A stretch of 19,195 bases of DNA from Thermodesulfobacteriota bacterium (GCA_029246845.1 JAQWMJ010000046.1:1-19195); one strand, 5' to 3'; shown: positions 1-7,861, counted from the first letter of the stretch. Notes: generated by a model not told the origin, from the sequence alone. Numbers and translations are program-made.

Positions 1-45
1 CATAAGATAATTGTATCAAAAAAGTGAGTTTTAAGCGAAAAAGCA

Positions 46-57
46 TTATTCCCACTT
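46..57 (-). repeat. Copy of the guaA 3'-end motif (minus strand AAGTGGGAATAA), candidate att core
   Basis: Plus strand ttattcccactt is 11/12 identical to 668-679 (ttactcccactt). It reads TGG GAA TAA (W-E-stop), like the guaA end TGG GAG TAA. Confidence 0.5.
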
Positions 58-204
58 ACAAGTATAGGGGGAAAAAACCTCTTATACCACCTATTAATAG
101 GGGCGAATATGAGGTCGTTTTTATTTTGAAGGGATTTCCTAGTTTTTAACTAGTAAAAACTTTACTACTAATGCATTTAAAAAAAAGTTTACATGTACCT
201 TGTA

Positions 205-666
205 TCAATCTTGGTCTCTTTTTAATTCTTCATATACTTTTTTTAACTTAAAAATCTTATCTTCAGATACGGTAACAGCGGAGATATTTCTTCTTTCTTT
301 AGACTTTTCTTTTTCACTAATGGGAACTCTAAAAAATATTTTAAAAGGTGGTATTGTAGAAAATTTTATAAATTCATCTGGAGTATATTCAGTAAATTCC
401 CATTCTTGATTTCCCAACGATAATGCAACCACAAAGAAATAATTAGATTTGTTCTCGAGAGCACTTACCCATTCTGTTAATGTTGCTGCACCAAAATAAT
501 TTTCTTTATTACTAGTTTTTTTTATCTCAAAAGAAAAAAGTTCTCCGTTTTTCTCTGCAGAAATATCTGATGGAGAAGATATAATTTTTATATTATTAAA
601 ACCTTTAGACTTTAAAAACTCAGAGTATGCTTTTTTTGCATCTAAATCACTTTTTCTTTCGTCCAT
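205..666 (-). CDS. Stand-alone PD-(D/E)XK nuclease-fold protein, DUF3883/NO VEIN C-terminal-like
   Basis: 153 aa ORF with SD34ISA...FSFE47IK49KT followed by TLTEW, matching the D...ExK pattern. GGGAG lies 4 nt before the ATG. Family recognised from motifs only. Confidence 0.65.
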   Translation of the reverse strand: MDERKSDLDAKKAYSEFLKSKGFNNIKIISSPSDISAEKNGELFSFEIKKTSNKENYFGAATLTEWVSALENKSNYFFVVALSLGNQEWEFTEYTPDEFIKFSTIPPFKIFFRVPISEKEKSKERRNISAVTVSEDKIFKLKKVYEELKRDQD

Positions 667-772
667 TTTACTCCCACTTTCTTGTCCTATGCGTGAGAAA
701 TATTTTAACCTATTATTCCCCTTTATTCATAGGGTGTTTGGAGTGGTTTTTTTGAGTTTTGAAAAAGTGAAT

Positions 773-794
773 ACTTTATACAAACTTTATACAA
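773..794 (+). repeat. Tandem 11-bp repeat ACTTTATACAA x2, third copy at 1598-1608
   Basis: Read directly. The match extends to 14 bp (AAACTTTATACAAA) between 782-795 and 1596-1609. Confidence 0.9.
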
Positions 795-900
795 ATTTTT
801 CATGAAAAAGATCAGTCAATCGTTAAATTGTAGTTTTTATTTTGTAGGGGTTAAATAAACATCAAGTTTTATTCAATAAATCTTCCGTCTTTCCACTCAT

Positions 901-1449
901 CTAATACACTCTGAGGAATTCGATGATTTCTCCATCTTGAAATTCATACTCACTTCTGAAACCAGTTTTTCTATCATAATCAGTTCCTATGCCGTGCTTC
1001 TTCCCATCTTTCCATCCACCTACATATTTATTACCATTTGAAAAAGTATAAGTTCCCTGTCCGTGATACTTGCCATCTTTCCATCCACCTACATATCTAT
1101 CACCTTCATTGGGACCCTTTCCTGAAGTAAAAGTTCCCTTTCCGTGCATTGTACCATCTTTAAATCCACCTACATATTTACCACCATTTGAAAAAGTAAA
1201 AGTTCCTTTGCCGTGAAACTCACCATCTTTAAGTTTACCCACATATTTATTACCATTTACATAAGTAATAGTTCCTTTGCCGTTTGGTAATCCATTTCTA
1301 AATTCTGCTTCCCATTTGCTATCATCTAAAGAAACAGTTCCAGAGCAATTGTTCCATTTTGCGAAGTCATCCCCTTCACACTTACTTAGAGAATATGAGT
1401 TGAGTGCAAATAAGAAGAAAAATAATAGACATAGATTTAATGTTCTCAT
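901..1449 (-). CDS. Secreted MORN-repeat protein
   Basis: 182 aa. Hydrophobic N-terminal signal peptide, a C-x9-C cap (CEGDDFAKWNNC), then about five YVGx(F/W)KDGKxHGxGT(F/Y)T repeats, also visible as ~69-bp DNA repeats. Confidence 0.92.
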   Translation of the reverse strand: MRTLNLCLLFFFLFALNSYSLSKCEGDDFAKWNNCSGTVSLDDSKWEAEFRNGLPNGKGTITYVNGNKYVGKLKDGEFHGKGTFTFSNGGKYVGGFKDGTMHGKGTFTSGKGPNEGDRYVGGWKDGKYHGQGTYTFSNGNKYVGGWKDGKKHGIGTDYDRKTGFRSEYEFQDGEIIEFLRVY

Positions 1450-1455
1450 AATATG

Positions 1456-1466
1456 ATTTTAACACA
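1456..1466 (-). promoter_or_regulatory. Extended -10 promoter (TGTG-T-TAAAAT) 6 nt before the MORN ATG, possibly leaderless
   Basis: Minus strand reads tgtgtTAAAATcatattATG, with no Shine-Dalgarno. Confidence 0.5.
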
Positions 1467-1692
1467 AATATAAGGTATTTTACATGTCACACTTTCCTTT
1501 GTATTGTACTATGCACTTTATCGTTTTAAGGAACACAAAAAATCTAACTAATCGAAATCATTGATTTATTTAAATCGTAATAATCCAGTTCTGTAAAACT
1601 TTATACAAAATTCAAAACATAGGAAAAGGTTATATTAGATAGTGTTTATAGGGTGTTTAAGAGGTTGTATTCTTATCGGAACAATAGATTTT

Positions 1693-3228
1693 TTACTCCC
1701 ATTCTATTGTACTAGGTGGTTTATTGGAAATATCAAAGACAACTTTATTTATACCTTTAACATTATTAATAATTTCTGAGGATATCAAATCTAAAGTATC
1801 AAAAGGTATTCGCGCCCAATTTGCAGTCATTCCATCTACACTGTTAACTGCTCTTATTGCTATTGTATTTTCGTAAGTCCTTTCGTCACCCATAACCCCT
1901 ACTGTCTTAATAGGAATAAGAACACAAAAAGCTTGCCATATTTTATCATAAAGTTTTTTTTCTTTTAGAATATCTATAAAAATCTTATCAGCTGCTTGTA
2001 AAAGTTTAACTCTATCTTTTGTTACTTCCCCAATAATTCTTATTGCCAGTCCAGGACCAGGAAACGGGTGTCTACCAATTAAACTTCTTTTAATTTTTAA
2101 AGCTTTACCCAAGTCTCTTACTTCATCCTTAAAGAGATCTCTTAGAGGCTCTACCAATGAAAGCTTCATATTCTTAGGAAGCCCACCAACATTGTGATGA
2201 GATTTAATTACAGCAGAAGGTCCACTTACATTAACACTTTCAATTACGTCAGGATACAAAGTCCCCTGCACTAAAAACTTTGCATTTGAAACTTTTTTTG
2301 ATTCTTTATCAAATAATTCAATAAATGTTTTACCTATTATTTTTCTTTTCTTTTCTGGATCTACAATACCTTTTAATCTTCCAAGAAAAAGACTGCCAGC
2401 ATTAATAACTTTTGGATTAACTCCAAGACTTCTAAGAACTGGAACTATCTCTTTTACTTCGTTATGCCTCATTAGGCCTGTATCAACAATGAAGCATTTA
2501 AGCTTACTTCCTATTGCTCTACTAACCAGAACCGAGGAAACACTTGAATCGACTCCACCAGAAATTGCAGATATAGCTATATTTTTACCTATTATGTTTT
2601 TAATTTCTTCTACTTTTCGTTTAACAAGTTTCCCAGGTTTCCAAGTTTGTTTACAGCCTACAATGTCTACTAAGAAATTTTTTATAAATTGTTTACCAAA
2701 TTGGGTGTGTACAACTTCCGGATGAAACTGTGTTCCAACTATTCTATAGTCTTCAGAAGAAAATAATGAGATAGAGCCGAACTCTGATTTTGCTATAACT
2801 TTTATTTTTGTTGGTAGCTTAACAATTGTGTCTCCATGAGACATCCAAGATACCTCATTGTTGTTTATATTCTTTAATAGCTTTGAGCTTGAAATCTTTT
2901 TAAGCTTAGAAGGTCCAAATTCTCTAATTTTTGATTTTGCGACTTTACCACCCATAACTTTTGATAGTAGCTGTGCTCCATAACATATACCTAATATGGG
3001 TACGTTTAAATCTAAAATTCTTAAATCTGGTTGTGGAGCTTTCTTATCGTGCACGCTTGCAGGGCTACCAGAAAGAATTATGCAGTCTGGATTAATTTCT
3101 TGGATTTTTTTAAAACTGGTTTTGTATGGAATAATTTCTGAGTAAATATTTAACTCTCTTATTTTTCGCGCTATTAACTTTGTAACTTGAGAACCAAAAT
3201 CTAAAATTAATACTTTGCTATAGTCCAT
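1693..3228 (-). CDS. guaA: GMP synthase (glutamine-hydrolysing)
   Basis: 511 aa with ILDFGSQ, GICYGAQ, QFHPE, SGGVDS, IKSHHNVGGLP, RHPFPGPGL and the KPPSTIEWE terminus. Confidence 0.99.
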   Translation of the reverse strand: MDYSKVLILDFGSQVTKLIARKIRELNIYSEIIPYKTSFKKIQEINPDCIILSGSPASVHDKKAPQPDLRILDLNVPILGICYGAQLLSKVMGGKVAKSKIREFGPSKLKKISSSKLLKNINNNEVSWMSHGDTIVKLPTKIKVIAKSEFGSISLFSSEDYRIVGTQFHPEVVHTQFGKQFIKNFLVDIVGCKQTWKPGKLVKRKVEEIKNIIGKNIAISAISGGVDSSVSSVLVSRAIGSKLKCFIVDTGLMRHNEVKEIVPVLRSLGVNPKVINAGSLFLGRLKGIVDPEKKRKIIGKTFIELFDKESKKVSNAKFLVQGTLYPDVIESVNVSGPSAVIKSHHNVGGLPKNMKLSLVEPLRDLFKDEVRDLGKALKIKRSLIGRHPFPGPGLAIRIIGEVTKDRVKLLQAADKIFIDILKEKKLYDKIWQAFCVLIPIKTVGVMGDERTYENTIAIRAVNSVDGMTANWARIPFDTLDLISSEIINNVKGINKVVFDISNKPPSTIEWE

Positions 3229-3233
3229 AATGT

Positions 3234-4700
3234 TTAATCTAATGAATAGTTTGGTGCTTCTCTACTAATAGAAATATCGTGTACATGACTTTCTTTAAGT
3301 CCTGCATTTGTGAGCTTAAGAAATTTAGCTGATTTCAATACAGTTAGATCTTTAGATCCGGTATATCCCATACCTGCTTTAAGTCCACCTACTAGCTGAT
3401 AAACGACCTTGCCAATTGGTCCTCTATAAGAGACTCTTCCTTCAATTCCTTCAGGAACAAGCTTTGAATCAATTATATCATCTTGATAATATCTATCTTT
3501 ACTTCCTTCTTTCATAGCCTCTATAGACCCCATTCCTCTATAAGTTTTAAATGTTCTACCTTGATATAAAACCATCTCTCCGGGTGCTTCATCTGTTCCA
3601 GCTAAGAGATTGCCTATCATCACGCAGTTTGCCCCTGCAGCAAGAGCCTTAGTTATATCACCCGAATATTTTATACCGCCATCTGCTATTACCGGTATAT
3701 TATTTTTCTTTGCCACGGAACATACATCTATAATCGCTGTTAGCTGCGGAACACCTATTCCTGCAATTATTCTTGTAGTGCAAATTGAACCAGGTCCAAT
3801 TCCAACCTTTAATGAGTCAGCGCCAGCTTTGATTAATTCTTTAGCGGCGTCAGTAGTGGCAATGTTTCCTACAACAACCTGAACACTTTTATATTTCTTT
3901 TTAATCAGTTTCAATGCATCAATAACTTTCTTAGAGTGGGCATGAGCAGTATCAATAAATAAAATATCTAAACCACTTTTTATTAAGCTTTCCACCCTGT
4001 CTTCCATATCCAAGCCAACACCTATAGCTGCAGCAGCTAATAACCTTCCTTGCTTATCTTTTGATGCGTTAGGGAATTGCTTACTTTTTTGGATATCTTT
4101 CATTGTAATAAGACCCTGAAGCTTAAACTTTTTATCAACTACAGGTAATTTTTCTATTTTATATTTATGAAGCAGTTCACGAGCTTCATTGGGGCTTGTT
4201 CCCGCCTCCACAACTTTAAGGTCTACTTTTTGAGTCATCAACTTGCTAACCTTATAATGAAGATTCTTTTCGTATCTAAGATCTCTCATTGTTATAATAC
4301 CTAGGAGAACACCATTTTTCTCTGTAACTGGTAGTCCAGTAAAATTCTTTGATGTCATTATATCAAGTGCTTGCTTTCCAGTGGATTGAGGTGAAATAGT
4401 ATGAGGTTCAATTATCATACCGCCTTCATACTTCTTAACTTTCTGAATTTGATCTGATTGGTCTACGATACTCATATTCTTATGTATGACACCCAAGCCA
4501 CCTTCTTGGGCCATAGCTATTGCAGTCCTCGCCTCAGTGACAGTATCCATAGCAGCACTTATGATTGGAATATTAAGAGAGATTTTTTTTGTAATTTTAG
4601 TCTTAACGTTTACGGCCGAAGGCATTATGGCGGAATAAGAGGGAACGAGTAGTACATCGTCAAAAGTTAGGGATTCCTTAATCTTTGCTTCTCTATTTAT
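3234..4700 (-). CDS. guaB: IMP dehydrogenase with CBS subdomain; start extended to ATA at 4700 (488 aa)
   Basis: [31 protein letters not shown] and PEGIEG motifs. The frame upstream of the track's ATG (4625) encodes [24 protein letters not shown]. Gene identity is certain; the exact start is inferred. Confidence 0.95.
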   Translation of the reverse strand: MNREAKIKESLTFDDVLLVPSYSAIMPSAVNVKTKITKKISLNIPIISAAMDTVTEARTAIAMAQEGGLGVIHKNMSIVDQSDQIQKVKKYEGGMIIEPHTISPQSTGKQALDIMTSKNFTGLPVTEKNGVLLGIITMRDLRYEKNLHYKVSKLMTQKVDLKVVEAGTSPNEARELLHKYKIEKLPVVDKKFKLQGLITMKDIQKSKQFPNASKDKQGRLLAAAAIGVGLDMEDRVESLIKSGLDILFIDTAHAHSKKVIDALKLIKKKYKSVQVVVGNIATTDAAKELIKAGADSLKVGIGPGSICTTRIIAGIGVPQLTAIIDVCSVAKKNNIPVIADGGIKYSGDITKALAAGANCVMIGNLLAGTDEAPGEMVLYQGRTFKTYRGMGSIEAMKEGSKDRYYQDDIIDSKLVPEGIEGRVSYRGPIGKVVYQLVGGLKAGMGYTGSKDLTVLKSAKFLKLTNAGLKESHVHDISISREAPNYSLD

Positions 4701-4702
4701 TG

Positions 4703-5305
4703 CTATTTCCTCTTAGTCTTATTTTTTACTTTTGTTACTTTTTTTGGTGCCGCTTTCTTTGCAGTAACTTTTTTTGCTGAAGCTTTTACGACAGTTTTTT
4801 TAACTACCTTTTTAGTTAAGGATTTTTTAGCAGCCTTTTTAGCAATATTTGCTTTAGCAACAGCTTTCTTCGTTGCAGCTTTCTTAGCTTTAGACTTAAG
4901 TGGACTTGTACCCACAATTTTTTTAGCCTTAGCTTTTGCTTTCGCAGCCTCTTTCTTTTCCTCTTTTTCTTTTTTGGATTTTGATAACTTCTTTTTTGGC
5001 TCTACAACTGGCTCAGGTTCGGGTTCAATAAAATCTTGCAAACTTACGACGTTGACAAATTCAACAACTTTCTTTCTAAAATCTGGGATTGCGCCTATCT
5101 CAAATTCAATTTCTTGCACTTTAGCGTTAGCAATTATTTTTACAGGCATGACTCCTGCATATGTAGAATCGTCTATTTTCTCAAAGCCTGTAGATCTTAA
5201 TATTTGCTTTTGAATTGGCGGAATAAAAATTTTACCTAATAAAGTAACCTCTTCGGGAAGAAGACCATCTTGAGTTACACTTATCTTTATAGTTGTTTTT
5301 TTCAT
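4703..5305 (-). CDS. Unknown N-terminal domain plus Pro/Glu linker plus Lys/Ala-rich histone-H1-like tail
   Basis: 200 aa: about 93 aa of mixed-composition domain, EPEPEPVVEP, then KKAATKKAVAK...AKKAAPKK repeats. It fills the space directly upstream of guaB. Confidence 0.8.
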   Translation of the reverse strand: MKKTTIKISVTQDGLLPEEVTLLGKIFIPPIQKQILRSTGFEKIDDSTYAGVMPVKIIANAKVQEIEFEIGAIPDFRKKVVEFVNVVSLQDFIEPEPEPVVEPKKKLSKSKKEKEEKKEAAKAKAKAKKIVGTSPLKSKAKKAATKKAVAKANIAKKAAKKSLTKKVVKKTVVKASAKKVTAKKAAPKKVTKVKNKTKRK

Positions 5306-5467
5306 TTTATATTCTACCCCATTTTACCGATTTTTGTAGTTCGATTTTACTTAATTAATAGTAAAAAAACAAATATTTAAGAGAACTTGTAAAAAAATAC
5401 CTTATAATTTATTTTAAATTCCCTAATTTATGCTATATTTTCAACTTAACTTTTAAGGGATGAGCAT

Positions 5468-6586
5468 TTGAGTTTAACAAAAAATCAGATTGGTAGATAT
5501 AGTCGACACCTTATTATGCCAGAGGTCGGCGTCAACGGACAGGAGAAATTGGCTGAGGCTAAAGTTCTTTGTATAGGTGCCGGTGGGTTAGGATCTCCGC
5601 TAGCATTATATTTAGCTTCCGCAGGCGTTGGCACATTGGGAATTGTGGATGATGATGTTGTAGATCTAAGTAACTTACAACGACAGATTTTACATGCTGA
5701 AGATAGGATTGGTGAACTTAAAGTTGAATCAGCCAAAAAAAGATTGCATGAATTAAATTCTGACATTACGGTCAACACTTACAACCTAAGATTAACAGCA
5801 GAGAATGCGTTAGATATTTTCAAGGACTATGATGTTATTGTCGATGGTACAGACAACTTTGCTACACGATATCTTGTAAATGATGCATGTGTACTACTTA
5901 ATAAACCAAATGTTTATGGAAGCATCTTTCGTTTTGAAGGTCAAGCTACAGTGTTCAACTATAAAGGTGGGCCGCATTATAGAGATTTATATCCTGAACC
6001 ACCTCCCCCTGGAATGGTGCCATCATGCGCTGAAGGTGGAGTTTTGGGAATTTTGCCTGGAATCATAGGTGTTATACAAGCCACTGAGACTGTCAAAATC
6101 ATTCTAGGAGTTGGGGAAACCCTTAGCGGAAGACTTATGCTTTATGATTCATTAAAAATGACATTTAGAGAAATCAAACTAAGAAAGAATCCTGATACCC
6201 CAGAAATTACTAAACTTATTGATTATCAAGAATTTTGTGGAATAAACAACTCTTCTGAGGTAGAAGACGAGCTTGAAATTAAAGTTGATTATCTTAAGAA
6301 AATAATAGATGAGAAAAAGAATGTCACCTTACTTGATGTTAGAGAATACGGAGAGTATGAAATATGTAAACTTGATAATTCCACTTTGATACCACTAGGA
6401 GAAATAACATCTAGGGCAAACGAGCTCGATTCTGCTGATGACATAATCGTCTATTGTCATCATGGAATGAGAAGCTTACAAGCGGTAAGAATATTAAAAG
6501 GTATGGGCTTTAAGAAAGTTAAGAATCTTGCTGGTGGAATAGATGCATGGGCAGCAGCCTTCGACGAAAAAATGCCTCGATACTAA
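5468..6586 (+). CDS. moeB: MoeB/MoeZ-type sulfur-carrier adenylyltransferase with C-terminal rhodanese domain
   Basis: RYSRHL, GAGGLGS, DLSNLQRQ, DGTDNF, PSCAEGGVLG and the rhodanese loop CHHGMRS. TTG start 7 nt after AAGGGA. Confidence 0.95.
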   Translation: MSLTKNQIGRYSRHLIMPEVGVNGQEKLAEAKVLCIGAGGLGSPLALYLASAGVGTLGIVDDDVVDLSNLQRQILHAEDRIGELKVESAKKRLHELNSDITVNTYNLRLTAENALDIFKDYDVIVDGTDNFATRYLVNDACVLLNKPNVYGSIFRFEGQATVFNYKGGPHYRDLYPEPPPPGMVPSCAEGGVLGILPGIIGVIQATETVKIILGVGETLSGRLMLYDSLKMTFREIKLRKNPDTPEITKLIDYQEFCGINNSSEVEDELEIKVDYLKKIIDEKKNVTLLDVREYGEYEICKLDNSTLIPLGEITSRANELDSADDIIVYCHHGMRSLQAVRILKGMGFKKVKNLAGGIDAWAAAFDEKMPRY

Positions 6587-7038
6587 GATTTAAAATTATC
6601 TAGCTCGCCATACTTATTGGCGCCTTCATCTCCCTTAAGAATTCCTGTATTAACAAAAATATAAGCCTTTATGCCCCAAGTGCAAATAACATAAGCCTGC
6701 AAGAGAAAATCTGGAACAAAATGAAACTGCAAAGGTATTGCCACTATGTAGGGAATGATTGCATAAAGTCCATTTATAGATCTGTCATGCAGTCTTTTAG
6801 AATCAGGAAATATTGATAGAGCTGAAATTAGTAGGACTAAGAAAGTTACAAGTTTTTCAACAATACTCTTATCGAAATTTAAAAAACTAAGAAGGGATGA
6901 TAGTGGTATTAACGTTAGTACTCCGAAAAATACAAGGAAAAATTGTGAATACCACCAAGTTTGTCTATTAATTCTTCCGTTTAAAGAAAGAAATAGGAAT
7001 TTTAAAAAATTAATATCTAAAAACTTTTTTATATTCAT
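6583..7038 (-). CDS. DUF805 (YhaH-like) inner-membrane protein
   Basis: GRINRQTWW, KRLHDRSING and GDEGANKYG signatures with several hydrophobic segments. Its stop overlaps the moeB stop by 4 nt (convergent). Confidence 0.88.
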   Translation of the reverse strand: MNIKKFLDINFLKFLFLSLNGRINRQTWWYSQFFLVFFGVLTLIPLSSLLSFLNFDKSIVEKLVTFLVLLISALSIFPDSKRLHDRSINGLYAIIPYIVAIPLQFHFVPDFLLQAYVICTWGIKAYIFVNTGILKGDEGANKYGELDNFKS

Positions 7039-7048
7039 AAAAACTCTA

Positions 7049-7132
<84 letters not shown>

Positions 7133-7134
7133 AA

Positions 7135-7683
7135 TTAACTATCCTTATAAAGGTTGTACCAATAAATTGCATTAATCACTAGCGAATGAGTAATTTTACC
7201 CTCTATTACCAGCTTGTCTAAATCTTTTAATTTAATAAATTTTATCTGAGTGTATTCACTTCCTGCATTCTGAGGACTTGAAACTTCTTCCACATCCAAA
7301 GCTAAAAATGTGTGACATTCATTATTTAATATTGCTGGGTTTGGATGAACAACACCAAGGTTGCTCCACGAACCCATAGAAAAACCTGTCTCTTCAACCA
7401 GCTCCCTTTTCGCAGATTCAATTGGTTCTTCATTTTTATTAGCCATACCCCCAGGAAGCTCCAAGGTTATCGAATCCGTTCCAGGCCTATACTGTTCAAC
7501 AAAAACTACCTCTCCTGACTTTGTAATAGGAAGAACATTAATCCAGTCCACCGAATTGAAGACAAAAAAATCAAAACTTTTCTTTTCTTTTATAGAATAA
7601 GGTGAGACCAATTTATATTGATATAAATCAAAAATCTTAAGATTCTTTAATAAAATCTTATCTTCTATTTTCCACTTTTTCAT
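7135..7683 (-). CDS. Nudix hydrolase, ADP-ribose pyrophosphatase-like
   Basis: Nudix box GMANKNEEPIESAKRELVEETGF, preceded by EQYRPG...LELPGG and followed by HPNPA. Confidence 0.9.
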   Translation of the reverse strand: MKKWKIEDKILLKNLKIFDLYQYKLVSPYSIKEKKSFDFFVFNSVDWINVLPITKSGEVVFVEQYRPGTDSITLELPGGMANKNEEPIESAKRELVEETGFSMGSWSNLGVVHPNPAILNNECHTFLALDVEEVSSPQNAGSEYTQIKFIKLKDLDKLVIEGKITHSLVINAIYWYNLYKDS

Positions 7684-7747
7684 ACTAGATTGAATCTTAA
7701 CTGATAGAAAAAATAAATAAAATCTTAGAGATTATAAGAGCGGAAAA

Positions 7748-7756
7748 TGTTAATAT
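7748..7756 (+). promoter_or_regulatory. Extended -10 (TG-T-TAATAT) for tRNA-Ser, ffs and the dnaX cluster
   Basis: Lies 9 nt upstream of the tRNA-Ser 5' end. Confidence 0.5.
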
Positions 7757-7765
7757 TGTTTCGTT

Positions 7766-7852
7766 GGAGAGTTGGCCGAGTGGCCGAAGGCGCACGCTTG
7801 GAAAGCGTGTAGAGGATCAAACCTCTCGTGGGTTCGAATCCCACACTCTCCG
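7766..7852 (+). tRNA. tRNA-Ser(GGA)
   Basis: Acceptor stem GGAGAGT/ACTCTCC, anticodon arm CACGC-TTGGAAA-GCGTG, long variable arm AGAGG...CCTCT, T arm GTGGG-TTCGAAT-CCCAC, discriminator G. CCA not encoded. Confidence 0.97.
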
Positions 7853-7861
7853 TAGAATTAA

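Larger units (their letters stand above)
666..1701. mobile_element. Putative ~1.03 kb integrase-less islet at the guaA 3' end carrying the MORN gene
   Basis: Exact 11-bp direct repeat TTTTACTCCCA at 666-676 and 1691-1701, the latter being the guaA end. ATAGGGTGTTT (729-739, 1648-1658) and ACTTTATACAA (773-783, 784-794, 1598-1608) occur near both ends. No integrase in the window. Confidence 0.5.

Noticed and set aside
141..166. Overlapping short inverted repeats (AGTTTTTA/TAAAAACT and AGTAAA/TTTACT)
   Set aside because: Almost entirely A/T and short, so expected by chance. A role as the nuclease gene terminator cannot be supported.
200..409. Short antisense or out-of-frame ORFs in the track (200..409, 2489..2725, 3610..3882, 4458..4652, 4974..5213, 5485..5778, 5880..6068, 7361..7600, 8359..8703, 9700..9915, 9905..10201, 11982..12230, 12002..12298, 13404..13799, 13929..14135, 14415..14657, 14491..14679, 15575..15844, 17251..17496, 17359..17613)
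   Set aside because: All lie within or almost wholly overlap well-supported genes and show no recognisable motifs; treated as shadow ORFs.
773..794. ACTTTATACAA repeats as DnaA boxes or a CRISPR remnant
   Set aside because: TTATACAAA is two mismatches from TTATCCACA with no origin context, and there is no regular repeat-spacer period.
889..900. GAGTGGAA directly after the MORN stop as a further att core
   Set aside because: One mismatch to GAGTGGGA and it lacks the following TAA; too short to count.
1012..1285. ~69-bp periodic DNA repeats
   Set aside because: Fully explained by the MORN protein repeats; not a CRISPR array or DGR template.
4703..4712. -1 frameshift fusing the H1-like protein to GuaB
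   Set aside because: The frames are compatible, but G_AGG_AAA is not a slippery sequence and the overlap window is only about 3 codons. ATA initiation is simpler.
5460..5471. Three-codon uORF (ATG AGC ATT TGA) overlapping the moeB TTG
   Set aside because: It has no properly spaced RBS, whereas the AAGGGA spacing fits the TTG start.
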